IMG/VR virus record: IMGVR_UViG_2541047961_000008
Strand: one strand, 5' to 3'
Length of the DNA: 38,571 bases
DNA from: a virus
Lineage: Duplodnaviria > Heunggongvirae > Uroviricota > Caudoviricetes
The translations under genes were made by a program, and so were the position numbers. Shown here piece after piece: positions 29,843 to 38,571 of the stretch. The number at the start of each line of letters is the position of its first letter. Positions within the stretch are counted from its first letter, which is position 1. Below the pieces are notes generated by a model. That model was not told where the DNA came from and did not search any database. It saw only the letters and a list, made by a program, of their open reading frames with translations.

Positions 29843-32370
29843 TGAGCGCGCTGTTGACGAAAGCATTTGAGAAATGGGTTGCTGAATGCGCCGCCAGTAA
29901 TTTACCGGCGCGACCTGACTCCATTGTTTTTGCACTGATGGAAAGGGAACCATCCAGAGATGATGAAGTTGTCCCTCCTGAAAAAATCACACACACGGTA
30001 AATAATCTGCACTATGGAAAACTGGATCCAAACAGCATTGTCTGTAGTGCCGTTGTTGCTGATAACGAGACATTCACTTACGACTGGATTTGCCTGGTCC
30101 ATCAACCCAGCAACACACTCTGCGGCGTAATTAAAACCCCGGTTCGCCACAAACTGACCGGCGAAACACTTATCCGCAATTTTGCTGTTATTTACAGCGG
30201 ACTGGCTCAGGCTGCACACATTACTGTTCCTCCTGAAAGCTGGCAAACAGACATCTCGCAGGAGCTGAAAACAATTCAGGGCTTTATCAGCGATCACATA
30301 GCAGTATCAACCCGTTATGCGGTCACCGAAGCTAATAAGCAGTTTTTGTCCATGCAGATAACCCACGGGCGTTATTCAGGGCTCTGGCGTTATCTTAATT
30401 CAACCGGGGGTATTAACTGGTATTTTTTGTTTCTTGCGATGTATGAAAGCGAAGGTAAAGCCTTTTCTCTCAGGGACAGACTCGTTATTTGTGAAAAAGC
30501 CTTTCGTCTCGGTATAACGGCGCCATTCATGACGAATTTCCGCTATGAAGCCGGACAGCGCGTGATGATTAACAACACGCTATTTTTTGTAAATATCGCC
30601 GGCATTACTGGAGAAACCACACCTGATATCAGTAGCATCTCACAAGGTGAGTTTATTTATACAGGTTCTGCTGTTCTTGAATGTCTCGGGAAGACCAGTA
30701 AAGAGATCCCGTCATCATGGTCATGGTTCTTTACCGATGTGGCCGCTGATTTATATTCACCGGTTGCCCCTGATTCTACAGACAGTTACCCATCCCTCTG
30801 GTTTGCCTGTATTGCTGAAATTGCAGACGCTTCGTGGTTACAGGCCCCTGCAGGGATCGGCAATCATTCCAGATGGGAAATCATCAGACTGGTAGCGGAA
30901 AATAATATTTTGCGTCAGCTAAATACTGACGCAAATCTGGTAAACGTCTTTCAGGAAAACGTTGCTCCCGGTAATACTCATTACGCGCAATGTTTTTGTC
31001 AGGATAATGCCGAAGTCTATGCCGGTTTACGGGCTCTGGTCTTTCTGGCCAGACTGGTTAATGACTCTGATGCCGCCTCGCAATATTCCAACGCAATGAA
31101 AACAATTAAAACAGGGTTGCTGGCATTATTTGTTCCGGGCCAGAACAGATTCAAGACGTATTACAATGAAGCTGATTACCCCGATACCCCGGGCGATGCT
31201 CGTTTTGTGCAAAAAGACCGATTCTCTGTGGCTCCGTGGCGCTTTGGTGTGCTGAATACGCCTGCTGAACAGGCACAATATGGACTATCCGTTCTGGATG
31301 CCATCCAGAAAGATTATCCCGATTTATTTACATCGGATTACGCAGGCATTGATACTTTCGCCATGAGCGACTTTTTTGCATTCGTGGCAAAAGTTACAGC
31401 CTCACAGACCGCCGCAACAACAGCCCTTCGTCGTCTGCAGATCCGAAAAACTGCCGCCGTAACAATTTCAGATATTGCATCAGCAATGTCAGTTTCAGCA
31501 TGGGGATCAGTCCCCTGCATGAGTACACGCGACTTTATACGAATTAATGGTCGCTCCGTTGTTGGAGGTGAAGATATTGTCTTTCCGGAAAGAGAAATCC
31601 GGCACATTACCCCCGTCAATAACGCCCAGGTGGTTGTGGATAACCTCAACAATGACACCGTATTGTTTATTGATAATGACTCTGCACTTTCATATCTCCA
31701 GTTCAAAATAGCGCCGGGGCTGGTTGATGGTTGCCGCCTGTCAATCACACCGAAAAGGGACGTGACGAGAACATCATTTCTTACGCAGGATGCGCAGGTT
31801 TCAGATGCTCCGGAAGCGTTATTTGCAGGGAAAAACGTTACATTTACGTACAATGCAACAACGCAAACATGGCACAGAAACTTTGTACCTGCAGTTTCTT
31901 CTGCTGCTACAAATTTATTGAAAAAACAATCAGAATCTCTGTTTGTTGATGGCGCTCACCCGATCATCCCCAAAATGCTTGTAAGCACCCTGAACTCCAG
32001 TCTGGATTCATTTAAAAGCCTGCCCGATGGTTCGCGTGTTTATACCCTGAAGCTGGATGTATCAAACCCCGTCGGGCAATCCTCAGTTGGCGGCATCGGA
32101 ATCGCTGTTTCAGCGCAGATTGAGCCGCGTTATCTCTATCAGAACCAGAACCGACAGTACATTCCAGCGCAGTATTTTGTCAGCTCTGTCTCTGCAAATG
32201 CGCGAACAATCACTATCGGAATACAGGTGGTGATGCCTGATAAACCTTACTATGCACTGGATATGTCAACACTGGAAGAAATTGCCGGCGCAGATAATGG
32301 GTTGCTCCCCTGTGTTGTGGTTATAAAAACACTTGCAGGGACAACATTGCGTCAGAACGGAATGGGATAA
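29842..32370 (+). CDS. Second tail fibre/tailspike-like protein (842 aa)
   Basis: First ~150 aa are clearly homologous to the N-terminus of the fibre at 27421 (MSxxxTxxxExWxAxxxxSxxPARPD.xVFA...); the large C-terminal part is unrelated to it. Confidence 0.6.
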   Translation: MSALLTKAFEKWVAECAASNLPARPDSIVFALMEREPSRDDEVVPPEKITHTVNNLHYGKLDPNSIVCSAVVADNETFTYDWICLVHQPSNTLCGVIKTPVRHKLTGETLIRNFAVIYSGLAQAAHITVPPESWQTDISQELKTIQGFISDHIAVSTRYAVTEANKQFLSMQITHGRYSGLWRYLNSTGGINWYFLFLAMYESEGKAFSLRDRLVICEKAFRLGITAPFMTNFRYEAGQRVMINNTLFFVNIAGITGETTPDISSISQGEFIYTGSAVLECLGKTSKEIPSSWSWFFTDVAADLYSPVAPDSTDSYPSLWFACIAEIADASWLQAPAGIGNHSRWEIIRLVAENNILRQLNTDANLVNVFQENVAPGNTHYAQCFCQDNAEVYAGLRALVFLARLVNDSDAASQYSNAMKTIKTGLLALFVPGQNRFKTYYNEADYPDTPGDARFVQKDRFSVAPWRFGVLNTPAEQAQYGLSVLDAIQKDYPDLFTSDYAGIDTFAMSDFFAFVAKVTASQTAATTALRRLQIRKTAAVTISDIASAMSVSAWGSVPCMSTRDFIRINGRSVVGGEDIVFPEREIRHITPVNNAQVVVDNLNNDTVLFIDNDSALSYLQFKIAPGLVDGCRLSITPKRDVTRTSFLTQDAQVSDAPEALFAGKNVTFTYNATTQTWHRNFVPAVSSAATNLLKKQSESLFVDGAHPIIPKMLVSTLNSSLDSFKSLPDGSRVYTLKLDVSNPVGQSSVGGIGIAVSAQIEPRYLYQNQNRQYIPAQYFVSSVSANARTITIGIQVVMPDKPYYALDMSTLEEIAGADNGLLPCVVVIKTLAGTTLRQNGMG

Positions 32371-32394
32371 CATTTGAACGTACAGGAAAATGAG

Positions 32395-33117
32395 ATGAAA
32401 TATTCTGTATGGGAGCACGCCATTCTGCGCCCGGCCCCCATGGCCATCACCTGTTCAATGGTTTGCCTCCATCCATGGTCAGAAAATACGGGAAACATTA
32501 CACCATCAGGGCGTTACCTCAGCCCGGATAATGCTGTATCCGCGCTTTTACCTTATCTGACAGAAAGCACTGAAAAAGACGTTGTGGCGCTGTTATTTTG
32601 CGCCCCGTCTGCAGGCGAGTTTTTATCACTGGCCAGACAGTTTTCAGGTGCACTTCCATTGCCGGAAGTGGGAAGAATGTCCCGCATGATCTCCAGCCAG
32701 CTTTCGCTGGCCGTGAGTAAAATGCAGCTCCCTGCAAAACCGGCAACCACACTTCCTGCAGAAGTCACGCTGTCCACACAAACCACCCGCAGCATGACGC
32801 GGGCAGCGACTATTGCGCAGGCTGCGATCCCGACCGCTGTATCTCCGGAAACATTATCCTCGTCTCTGAATCAGTTCAGAATCGCGAGAGATAAGGCACT
32901 ACAGGAAATCACCGACCAGCAGGCCGCAATTCAGAAAAACACCTGTCCGGTGTGGCGTTTTTTTTATACGGGCACACTAAATCAGGTTGCAGCACTGATA
33001 AAAAAAAATATTCCACATCCGGAATGGGTTTTTACAGCTGTGATGCTGTTTGTCGGTAATGATCTTTCATCACTAAGAGAATCACTACATGACCCAGATG
33101 ATCGTTCTTGCACTTGA
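32395..33117 (+). CDS. Hypothetical protein (possible accessory protein for the second fibre)
   Basis: ATG at 32395 with RBS aggaaa; the track ORF begins at a TTG at 32374. Confidence 0.4.
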   Translation: MKYSVWEHAILRPAPMAITCSMVCLHPWSENTGNITPSGRYLSPDNAVSALLPYLTESTEKDVVALLFCAPSAGEFLSLARQFSGALPLPEVGRMSRMISSQLSLAVSKMQLPAKPATTLPAEVTLSTQTTRSMTRAATIAQAAIPTAVSPETLSSSLNQFRIARDKALQEITDQQAAIQKNTCPVWRFFYTGTLNQVAALIKKNIPHPEWVFTAVMLFVGNDLSSLRESLHDPDDRSCT

Positions 33118-33664
33118 CGGGGAAGCCATTCTGTTACGCAACATCATCGTCAGCGCCACCATGCAACTACCGGATAAAGATATGTCCGGACAGTCAACCA
33201 GCACCACCAGTGCCCAGCAGGGAAGCAAGGCTAAAGAGCTGCGTGTATCAGGCGTCATTGATTTTAATGATGAAGCTGTTCTGACCCGTATATTTCAGCT
33301 TGCAGAAGCCACAGAAAGCAACGGGGCTAAAAAAACATACCGCATCGCCAACGCTACTGCTAAGGCGATTAATATGCGACAGGGTGTTTTTTCGGGCGGT
33401 ATTGATGCAACGGAACAACAGGGCAAGATGCACTGGCAGGTCACCTTTACTCTCAGGGAAAAATTAAGCGTGCCGGAAAAAGCATCGGCACGCAGTGGCT
33501 CACAGAAAACAATCGCAAAGCAGCAGACACAGAACGGCAGTGAGCAGGCACCGGATAAAGGAATGAATACCCAGGAGACTTTCTGGAAAAATATCAATGA
33601 TGGTATTGGCTCCGGGCTGGACTGGATTGGCATCGGGAGCGTGAAAGAGGAAGGGAAAACATGA
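33089..33664 (+). CDS. Hypothetical tail-associated protein (191 aa)
   Basis: ORF overlapping the upstream gene by 29 nt; sits between the fibre module and the hub-like gene. Confidence 0.4.
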   Translation: MTQMIVLALDGEAILLRNIIVSATMQLPDKDMSGQSTSTTSAQQGSKAKELRVSGVIDFNDEAVLTRIFQLAEATESNGAKKTYRIANATAKAINMRQGVFSGGIDATEQQGKMHWQVTFTLREKLSVPEKASARSGSQKTIAKQQTQNGSEQAPDKGMNTQETFWKNINDGIGSGLDWIGIGSVKEEGKT

Positions 33665-35358
33665 AATTAATCCAACGTTGCATGATTAATGGCGAGCTGG
33701 CGGAAATTGCCGATATCAGCCTTGTCCTTACCCTGAATGCTGCCGGTCGCGGCTTCATTTCTGTTAATAATCTGTCACCGGAAAAAAGCCTTGCCGGCGC
33801 AATGATACAAATTGATCTCGGCCGTAATGGTGAGGCATGGCGCTATTTCTCCGGCTACATTGAGCGCGATCAACCCGCCGAAAATGGCTCACGCCGCCTT
33901 TTTATCCGTGAAGCAGCTGCCGTGCTGGATTTTGATTTCCCCTGCTCCATGCAACATCCAACGTTACGGGATGTACTCGATAATCTGGGTAAACAAAGCG
34001 GCATCGTTTTCATCACGCCAGATGCGGATTACGTCAGCACACCGACACCTTACATCACCCACAGCGGCAGCGGAGCACAACTGCTCAGCCAGCTGGGGCG
34101 AGCATTCAGTATCAGCGATTACGTCTGGCATCCAATGCCGGACGGTTCCGTATTTGTGGGAAGCGCACCGGATTCACGGTTTGCCAGTATTACCATGCCG
34201 GATATTCCGCAACAGTACACACTCGGGCAAAGCGGCGGAAACAGCATCGACATCATGTTTATGGAAACTGTGCGGCCGGGCGTGAACCTTCCGGCCGGGC
34301 GCATTACCCGTGTAGCCCTCAACAACGAGAAAATGACCCTGACATGGGAACGCCTTACCGCCACGGGTAGCCCTGTTTCCAAATCACCATTACGCAGACA
34401 GATGGAAACACAGTTCCCGGAACTGGCCAGCGGCACTCTACATACCCGGCTGGCGCGCGTCATTGCCCCAACGGAATCCGTCACCCTGGGCGATATTGCC
34501 AACAGCTTCCGCCCACGCTACGCCGTCGATGTGCAACTGCTTGATGAGAACGGCAACGATAAAAGCGATACGCCTGTTTATCCGGCAGTACCACTCCCCG
34601 TCCCGATGGCTGGTAGCGAGGCGGGATGTTTTGCCTACCCGCCGGCAGGCACCATCGTGGAAATATCCAACATTGAAGGGCGACCGGATAAACCTGTCAT
34701 CAGGCAAATCTTACCCGCGGGCCATAACCTGCCTGATGTAAAGCCCGGCGAACAACTGCAGCAACAGCGCGCAGAAGTGTTTCAGCGCGTCACGACTGAC
34801 GGAAGCTGGCACAGAGAAACTGACCAGCAAATCAGGGAGCATTCAGCCAGGCGAACCATTAACAGCGATCAGGAAGAACGCACAACAACAACCAGAACAA
34901 CAACAGTCCAGGCAAACGACATAACCAGTGTTCTTGGCACCAGTAAGCTGATGACAGGCCAGACAGAGCACCTTACTACCGGCAATTATGCGATCGCAGC
35001 CGGTGAGCATATCCAGATGGTAGCGCAGGATTTGCTGACTCAACTCAAAGGGGCGATATCCACCATTGAGCATGACCTCACCGAAAACGTGGGAGGCCGC
35101 AGAACATGCAGGGCGGACGGCGGTCTGGAGTTTACCGCCCCGACAGTATTTATTGGTCGCGGTGGCTCGCGGGAAAAGTCCGGGCTTAACCTGCTGACGT
35201 TGCTGATCGATATTCTGGATCTGATTCAATTGCTGGCCACACATACAGCAAACCACACCCATAGCAACACAGGCACGCCAATGAACAGCGGCGAACTTGC
35301 CGCAGATGCCCTGCAGGCGACGAGTCTGCGCGAAAAATACGGCGACATTATCGCCTGA
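33661..35358 (+). CDS. Putative baseplate hub/central spike protein (gpD/gpV-like, possibly a fused hub-spike)
   Basis: 565 aa, last structural gene; C-terminal His-rich motif ATHTANHTHSNTGTP resembles metal-binding spike tips; assignment by size, position and motif. Confidence 0.45.
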   Translation: MKLIQRCMINGELAEIADISLVLTLNAAGRGFISVNNLSPEKSLAGAMIQIDLGRNGEAWRYFSGYIERDQPAENGSRRLFIREAAAVLDFDFPCSMQHPTLRDVLDNLGKQSGIVFITPDADYVSTPTPYITHSGSGAQLLSQLGRAFSISDYVWHPMPDGSVFVGSAPDSRFASITMPDIPQQYTLGQSGGNSIDIMFMETVRPGVNLPAGRITRVALNNEKMTLTWERLTATGSPVSKSPLRRQMETQFPELASGTLHTRLARVIAPTESVTLGDIANSFRPRYAVDVQLLDENGNDKSDTPVYPAVPLPVPMAGSEAGCFAYPPAGTIVEISNIEGRPDKPVIRQILPAGHNLPDVKPGEQLQQQRAEVFQRVTTDGSWHRETDQQIREHSARRTINSDQEERTTTTRTTTVQANDITSVLGTSKLMTGQTEHLTTGNYAIAAGEHIQMVAQDLLTQLKGAISTIEHDLTENVGGRRTCRADGGLEFTAPTVFIGRGGSREKSGLNLLTLLIDILDLIQLLATHTANHTHSNTGTPMNSGELAADALQATSLREKYGDIIA

Positions 35359-35397
35359 ACACCAGACATAAAAGCCACATAAACGCCCCATCACACA

Positions 35398-35424
35398 ACG
35401 CACGGTCCCGGCCGTGCGTTTTCC
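35398..35424 (+). terminator. Rho-independent terminator of the late tail operon
   Basis: acgcacgg-tcccgg-ccgtgcgt followed by TTTT, 40 bp after the stop of the 565-aa gene. Confidence 0.7.
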
Positions 35425-36185
35425 TATCCACCACCTGATTAATGCGTTCTGCGTGCCATTCTGGCGCTGTATGCGCGCACCGCGTAAACGGTGTGACGTA
35501 AAGCGTGAGGTGACGTAAACCGCGCTACCCCCTCCAACCCGCGGGTTTTGTGTCGAAACAGTTTTTCAGTTTTCTGCCGTGCAAAAATGACCGCCAGCCC
35601 GCGCAGTAACTGAGGGAAAAGCGAAGATCTGAAATTTCACTCATGGAAATTTTTTGCAGTTTTCAGCGGGTTTTTTACGATCGCACAAATGGCAGGAGCA
35701 ATAAAACCGCATGATATTAAACGAGTTTTCATACTTTACGTGAGACGAGAAACGATCACGAAAGGATCGCATCAAAAAATCGTCAAACAACGAAGCCAGA
35801 CGCGGCGCGGCCTGCGTAAAATTAAGAGTCAAAATTAAACTGAAAAAAGGATCAATACAGCGCATCGATCGCACATGACGATCTACGCAGCAACAGGACA
35901 AAAAAACCGGCGCGAACGCCGGCGGAAGCATGTATCAAATGCGTGACTGAATAATGTCTGCGGTCGGGAATTTTATATCAAAAGGCTGACAGGCCTCAAC
36001 GGATTGAAACAAGGGAAAAAACCAGGCTAGAATTCGCGCGGGTGCCTTTCGGCTGATGGCTGGAGGGAATACCTGAAGGCCGGATGTGGAAAGGCCCCGG
36101 AAAACATTTTTGTTTAACCGAGGCCCTAACCATCTACCCTAGACAAGTGATAGGTTAGCGCCTCCCTAAAAAAGGAGCAAGCGCT

Positions 36186-36326
36186 ATGTCGCAAAAATCG
36201 CTTACGGCCATTACGTTCTGCGTAACGGCAATCCTCATCATCTGGATGCTGCACGGTTCGCTGTGTGAAATACGGATGAGCTTCTGGGGAGCGGAGTTTG
36301 CGGCGTTCTTACAGTGTAAGCAGTAA
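36186..36326 (+). CDS. hok: Hok/Gef-family type I toxin (46 aa)
   Basis: MSQKSLTAITFCVTAILIIWMLHGSLCEIRMSFWGAEFAAFLQCKQ: one TM helix plus the SLCEIR...AAF motif of Hok-family toxins; RBS aaggag. Confidence 0.6.
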   Translation: MSQKSLTAITFCVTAILIIWMLHGSLCEIRMSFWGAEFAAFLQCKQ

Positions 36327-36410
36327 GGAAACCGCGACGGGGGAGCAATCCCCCGTCAATCGGTTGTCAGGGCAAGACTGATAAGGCACCCTATACACAT
36401 CCCAAAGCAG

Positions 36411-36446
36411 AAACCCGCAGCGTAAAAACTGCGGGTTTTCTTTTTG
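36411..36446 (+). terminator. Rho-independent terminator downstream of the hok-like gene
   Basis: aacccgcag-cgtaaaaa-ctgcgggtt followed by ttctttttgg; a second hairpin (ccctcac-aag-tgaggg) follows. Confidence 0.65.
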
Positions 36447-36515
36447 GCGCCCTCACAAGTGAGGGTGCCAGTTAAAGATTACAATAATACTAATTCAGTC
36501 TGTCTATTTATTTTG

Positions 36516-37256
36516 TTAATCTTCGATTTTCTTTAAAGGAAAAATATCTGGAGTAAATACATCCTTAACAGGAATATTTAGCTGCTTACGAATAAACTGT
36601 TTCAATTTCTTTTCTTCCTTTAAATCCAAAATCCCATCATTACCAGCAAACTTTTTCTTATACTCATTCCACAAGGATATAGATTGAAGTTGCGATTTCG
36701 TTAATATTACGTCACTAGACAATATAGTCCATTTTTTATTATCACATACAACACCAGTTCCACAACCATCCGGAGAATAATCAACCATTGCCAACCGATA
36801 ACTACCTTCCGAATTTTCCGTAGGTAGAAGCAACACAGATACAAAGTCAGCTCTCTTCTCTTTCTGCCACTCAATAGCCGCGGCCATTGCTGTCGAAGCT
36901 CTTGATTCTAAATCTTGAGACTCAGGAGACACTATAAAAACCTTAAATCTCTTTCGCCCCGCATAACTTATGTCATCATAACGCACAAAAGAATACGGTT
37001 TCGCCTTGTCTACTCCAGATAAAGCAAGTTCATCGCTAATATGCTCCTTCGATGGAATATTATTTACCTGTGAATCGGATTCGTTTCCGGATAATTGCCA
37101 AATAACCCAAAACACAACGAAGAACATTACAACCAACAATAAACACCCTCTCCTTTCTTTTTTTTGCGTTGCCCAAAAAGAAGTTCCACACGTCGGACAC
37201 ACTGATTCCTTCGTAGAATTTTTAGACTGACATTTTGTACAAACCCAATGAAGCAT
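36516..37256 (-). CDS. Hypothetical zinc-ribbon membrane protein in an AT-rich island (246 aa)
   Basis: N-terminal CxxC...CxxC (CTKCQSKNSTKESVCPTCG), one TM helix (LLLVVMFFVVFWVIWQL), ~190-aa C-terminal domain; visibly AT-rich compared with flanking phage genes; RBS ggag. Confidence 0.55.
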   Translation of the reverse strand: MLHWVCTKCQSKNSTKESVCPTCGTSFWATQKKERRGCLLLVVMFFVVFWVIWQLSGNESDSQVNNIPSKEHISDELALSGVDKAKPYSFVRYDDISYAGRKRFKVFIVSPESQDLESRASTAMAAAIEWQKEKRADFVSVLLLPTENSEGSYRLAMVDYSPDGCGTGVVCDNKKWTILSSDVILTKSQLQSISLWNEYKKKFAGNDGILDLKEEKKLKQFIRKQLNIPVKDVFTPDIFPLKKIED

Positions 37257-37390
37257 GAATAATTCTCCATGATGTCAAAGATAAAACTAACAACCACAAA
37301 AAGGCACACAAATTTTATGGTTTGAAAAGAGGGCAAAGCAAGAATTATAAAGCCCGCATATTTTACGGGCTTTGACTATATCTCGAAAAT

Positions 37391-37412
37391 GTGGTCACTA
37401 CGTGGACATACG
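37391..37412. repeat. Imperfect copy of the left-end GTGGACAC-type repeat; candidate right att region
   Basis: gtggtcactacgtggacatacg versus gtggacactgcgtggacacttacg at 11-34. Confidence 0.35.
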
Positions 37413-37575
37413 TTGATACAAATCCTTTTATATCAATGGATTAATTCATCATCTTTTTCATCAACAAGGATTTTCACGTTTGTGTTACCTGTATGAGACG
37501 AGAGTTAATCAGACAAGTGTGCCATAATCTCGCGGCCAGGCATACTTGCGAAGATTTCAGGTATAAGGATACGTA

Positions 37576-38571
37576 ATGATACAACCTATTTCCGGCCCTC
37601 CTCCTGGGCAACCACCAGGTCAGGGAGATAACCTGCCGTCTGGCGCGGGCAATCAGCCTTTATCCAGTCAGCAACGTACTTCGCTGGAAAGCTTAATGAC
37701 GAAAGTGACCTCACTGACGCAACAACAAAGAGCAGAACTGTGGGCGGGTATCAGGCACGATATTGGTCTGTCGGGAGATTCACCGCTGCTTTCGCGTCAC
37801 TTCCCTGCCGCTGAGCATAATCTGGCGCAACGTCTGTTGGCCGCGCAAAAAAGCCATTCTGCCCGCCAGCTTTTAGCGCAATTAGGGGAGTATTTACGTC
37901 TGGGGAATAATCGTCAGGCGGTCACGGATTATATCCGTCATAACTTTGGTCAGACGCCGCTGAATCAGCTCTCACCGGAGCAATTAAAAACCATTCTCAC
38001 CCTGTTGCAGGAAGGGAAGATGGTTATTCCGCAACCACAGCAGCGCGAGGCGACCGACCGTCCTTTATTACCGGCGGAGCACAATGCGCTCAAACAGCTG
38101 GTGACCAAACTTGCGGCAGCAACGGGGGAACCCAGCAAACAGATCTGGCAATCGATGCTGGAACTTTCCGGGGTGAAAGATGGCGAGTTAATTCCAGCGA
38201 AACTGTTTAACCATCTGGTGACCTGGCTACAGGCGCGTCAGACGCTAAGCCAGCAAAATACGCCGACACTGGAATCACTACAGATGGCGCTAAAACAACC
38301 TTTAGATGCCAGTGAACTGGCGGCGTTATCGGCATATATCCAGCAAAAATATGGCCTTTCTGCGCAATCATCGCTTTCTTCTGCCCAGGCCGAGGATATT
38401 CTTAACCAGCTTTATCAACGGCGGGTTAAAGGGATTGAGCCGCGTGATATGCAACCGCTGCTTAATCCTTTTCCACCGATGATGGACACGTTGCAAAATA
38501 TGGCAACGCGTCCCGCGCTGTGGATACTGTTAGTCGCGATTATCCTGATGCTGGTCTGGCTGGTTCGTTAA
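37576..38571 (+). CDS. Chromosomal Flk-like C-tail-anchored protein
   Basis: 331 aa; Pro/Gly-rich N-terminus (PPPGQPPGQGDNLP), Q-rich body, single C-terminal TM anchor (ALWILLVAIILMLVWLVR), as I recall for enterobacterial Flk; RBS aagga. Confidence 0.5.
   Translation: MIQPISGPPPGQPPGQGDNLPSGAGNQPLSSQQRTSLESLMTKVTSLTQQQRAELWAGIRHDIGLSGDSPLLSRHFPAAEHNLAQRLLAAQKSHSARQLLAQLGEYLRLGNNRQAVTDYIRHNFGQTPLNQLSPEQLKTILTLLQEGKMVIPQPQQREATDRPLLPAEHNALKQLVTKLAAATGEPSKQIWQSMLELSGVKDGELIPAKLFNHLVTWLQARQTLSQQNTPTLESLQMALKQPLDASELAALSAYIQQKYGLSAQSSLSSAQAEDILNQLYQRRVKGIEPRDMQPLLNPFPPMMDTLQNMATRPALWILLVAIILMLVWLVR

Noticed and set aside
35641-35931. 96-aa minus-strand ORF in the right-arm intergenic region
   Set aside because: Cys-rich low-complexity translation with no RBS; the region looks regulatory/non-coding.

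Overview
This window is almost entirely one integrated P2-family temperate myovirus prophage (about position 1 to ~37.4 kb), followed by a chromosomal Flk-like gene (37576-38571). All calls are from reading the sequence and ORF translations; no database search was run. Layout, left to right: integrase (1-1020, minus) with a P2 C-type repressor and Cox-like regulator; an early operon of small ORFs containing a ~320-bp structured non-coding segment; the HUH rolling-circle replicase A (5104-7926). Then an accessory hotspot between A and the head genes: a ParM/ParR actin-type partition cassette with upstream 28-bp repeats, and an intact 1954-bp IS100 with a 5-bp AATGG target duplication that cut the 3' end of a small gene. 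Then an extra Ogr/Delta-type zinc-finger gene coupled to the portal, and a P2-like head module (Q, P on minus; O, N, M, L on plus). The tail module is mosaic, not P2 order: R/S-like completion genes, sheath, tube, an embedded holin plus M15 endolysin cassette, a chaperone with a -1 frameshift site, tape measure, W-J-I baseplate genes, tail fibre plus assembly chaperone, a second 842-aa fibre-like protein, then a 565-aa hub/spike-like protein. The right arm carries cargo: a hok-type type I toxin and an AT-rich zinc-ribbon membrane protein. Imperfect GTGGACAC-type repeats at 11-34 and 37391-37413 probably mark the two attachment regions. No CRISPR array, rRNA or convincing tRNA was seen. The strongest candidates for something new are the ParMR cassette in an integrated P2-like prophage, the structured early-region RNA element, and the AT-rich right-arm cargo gene.
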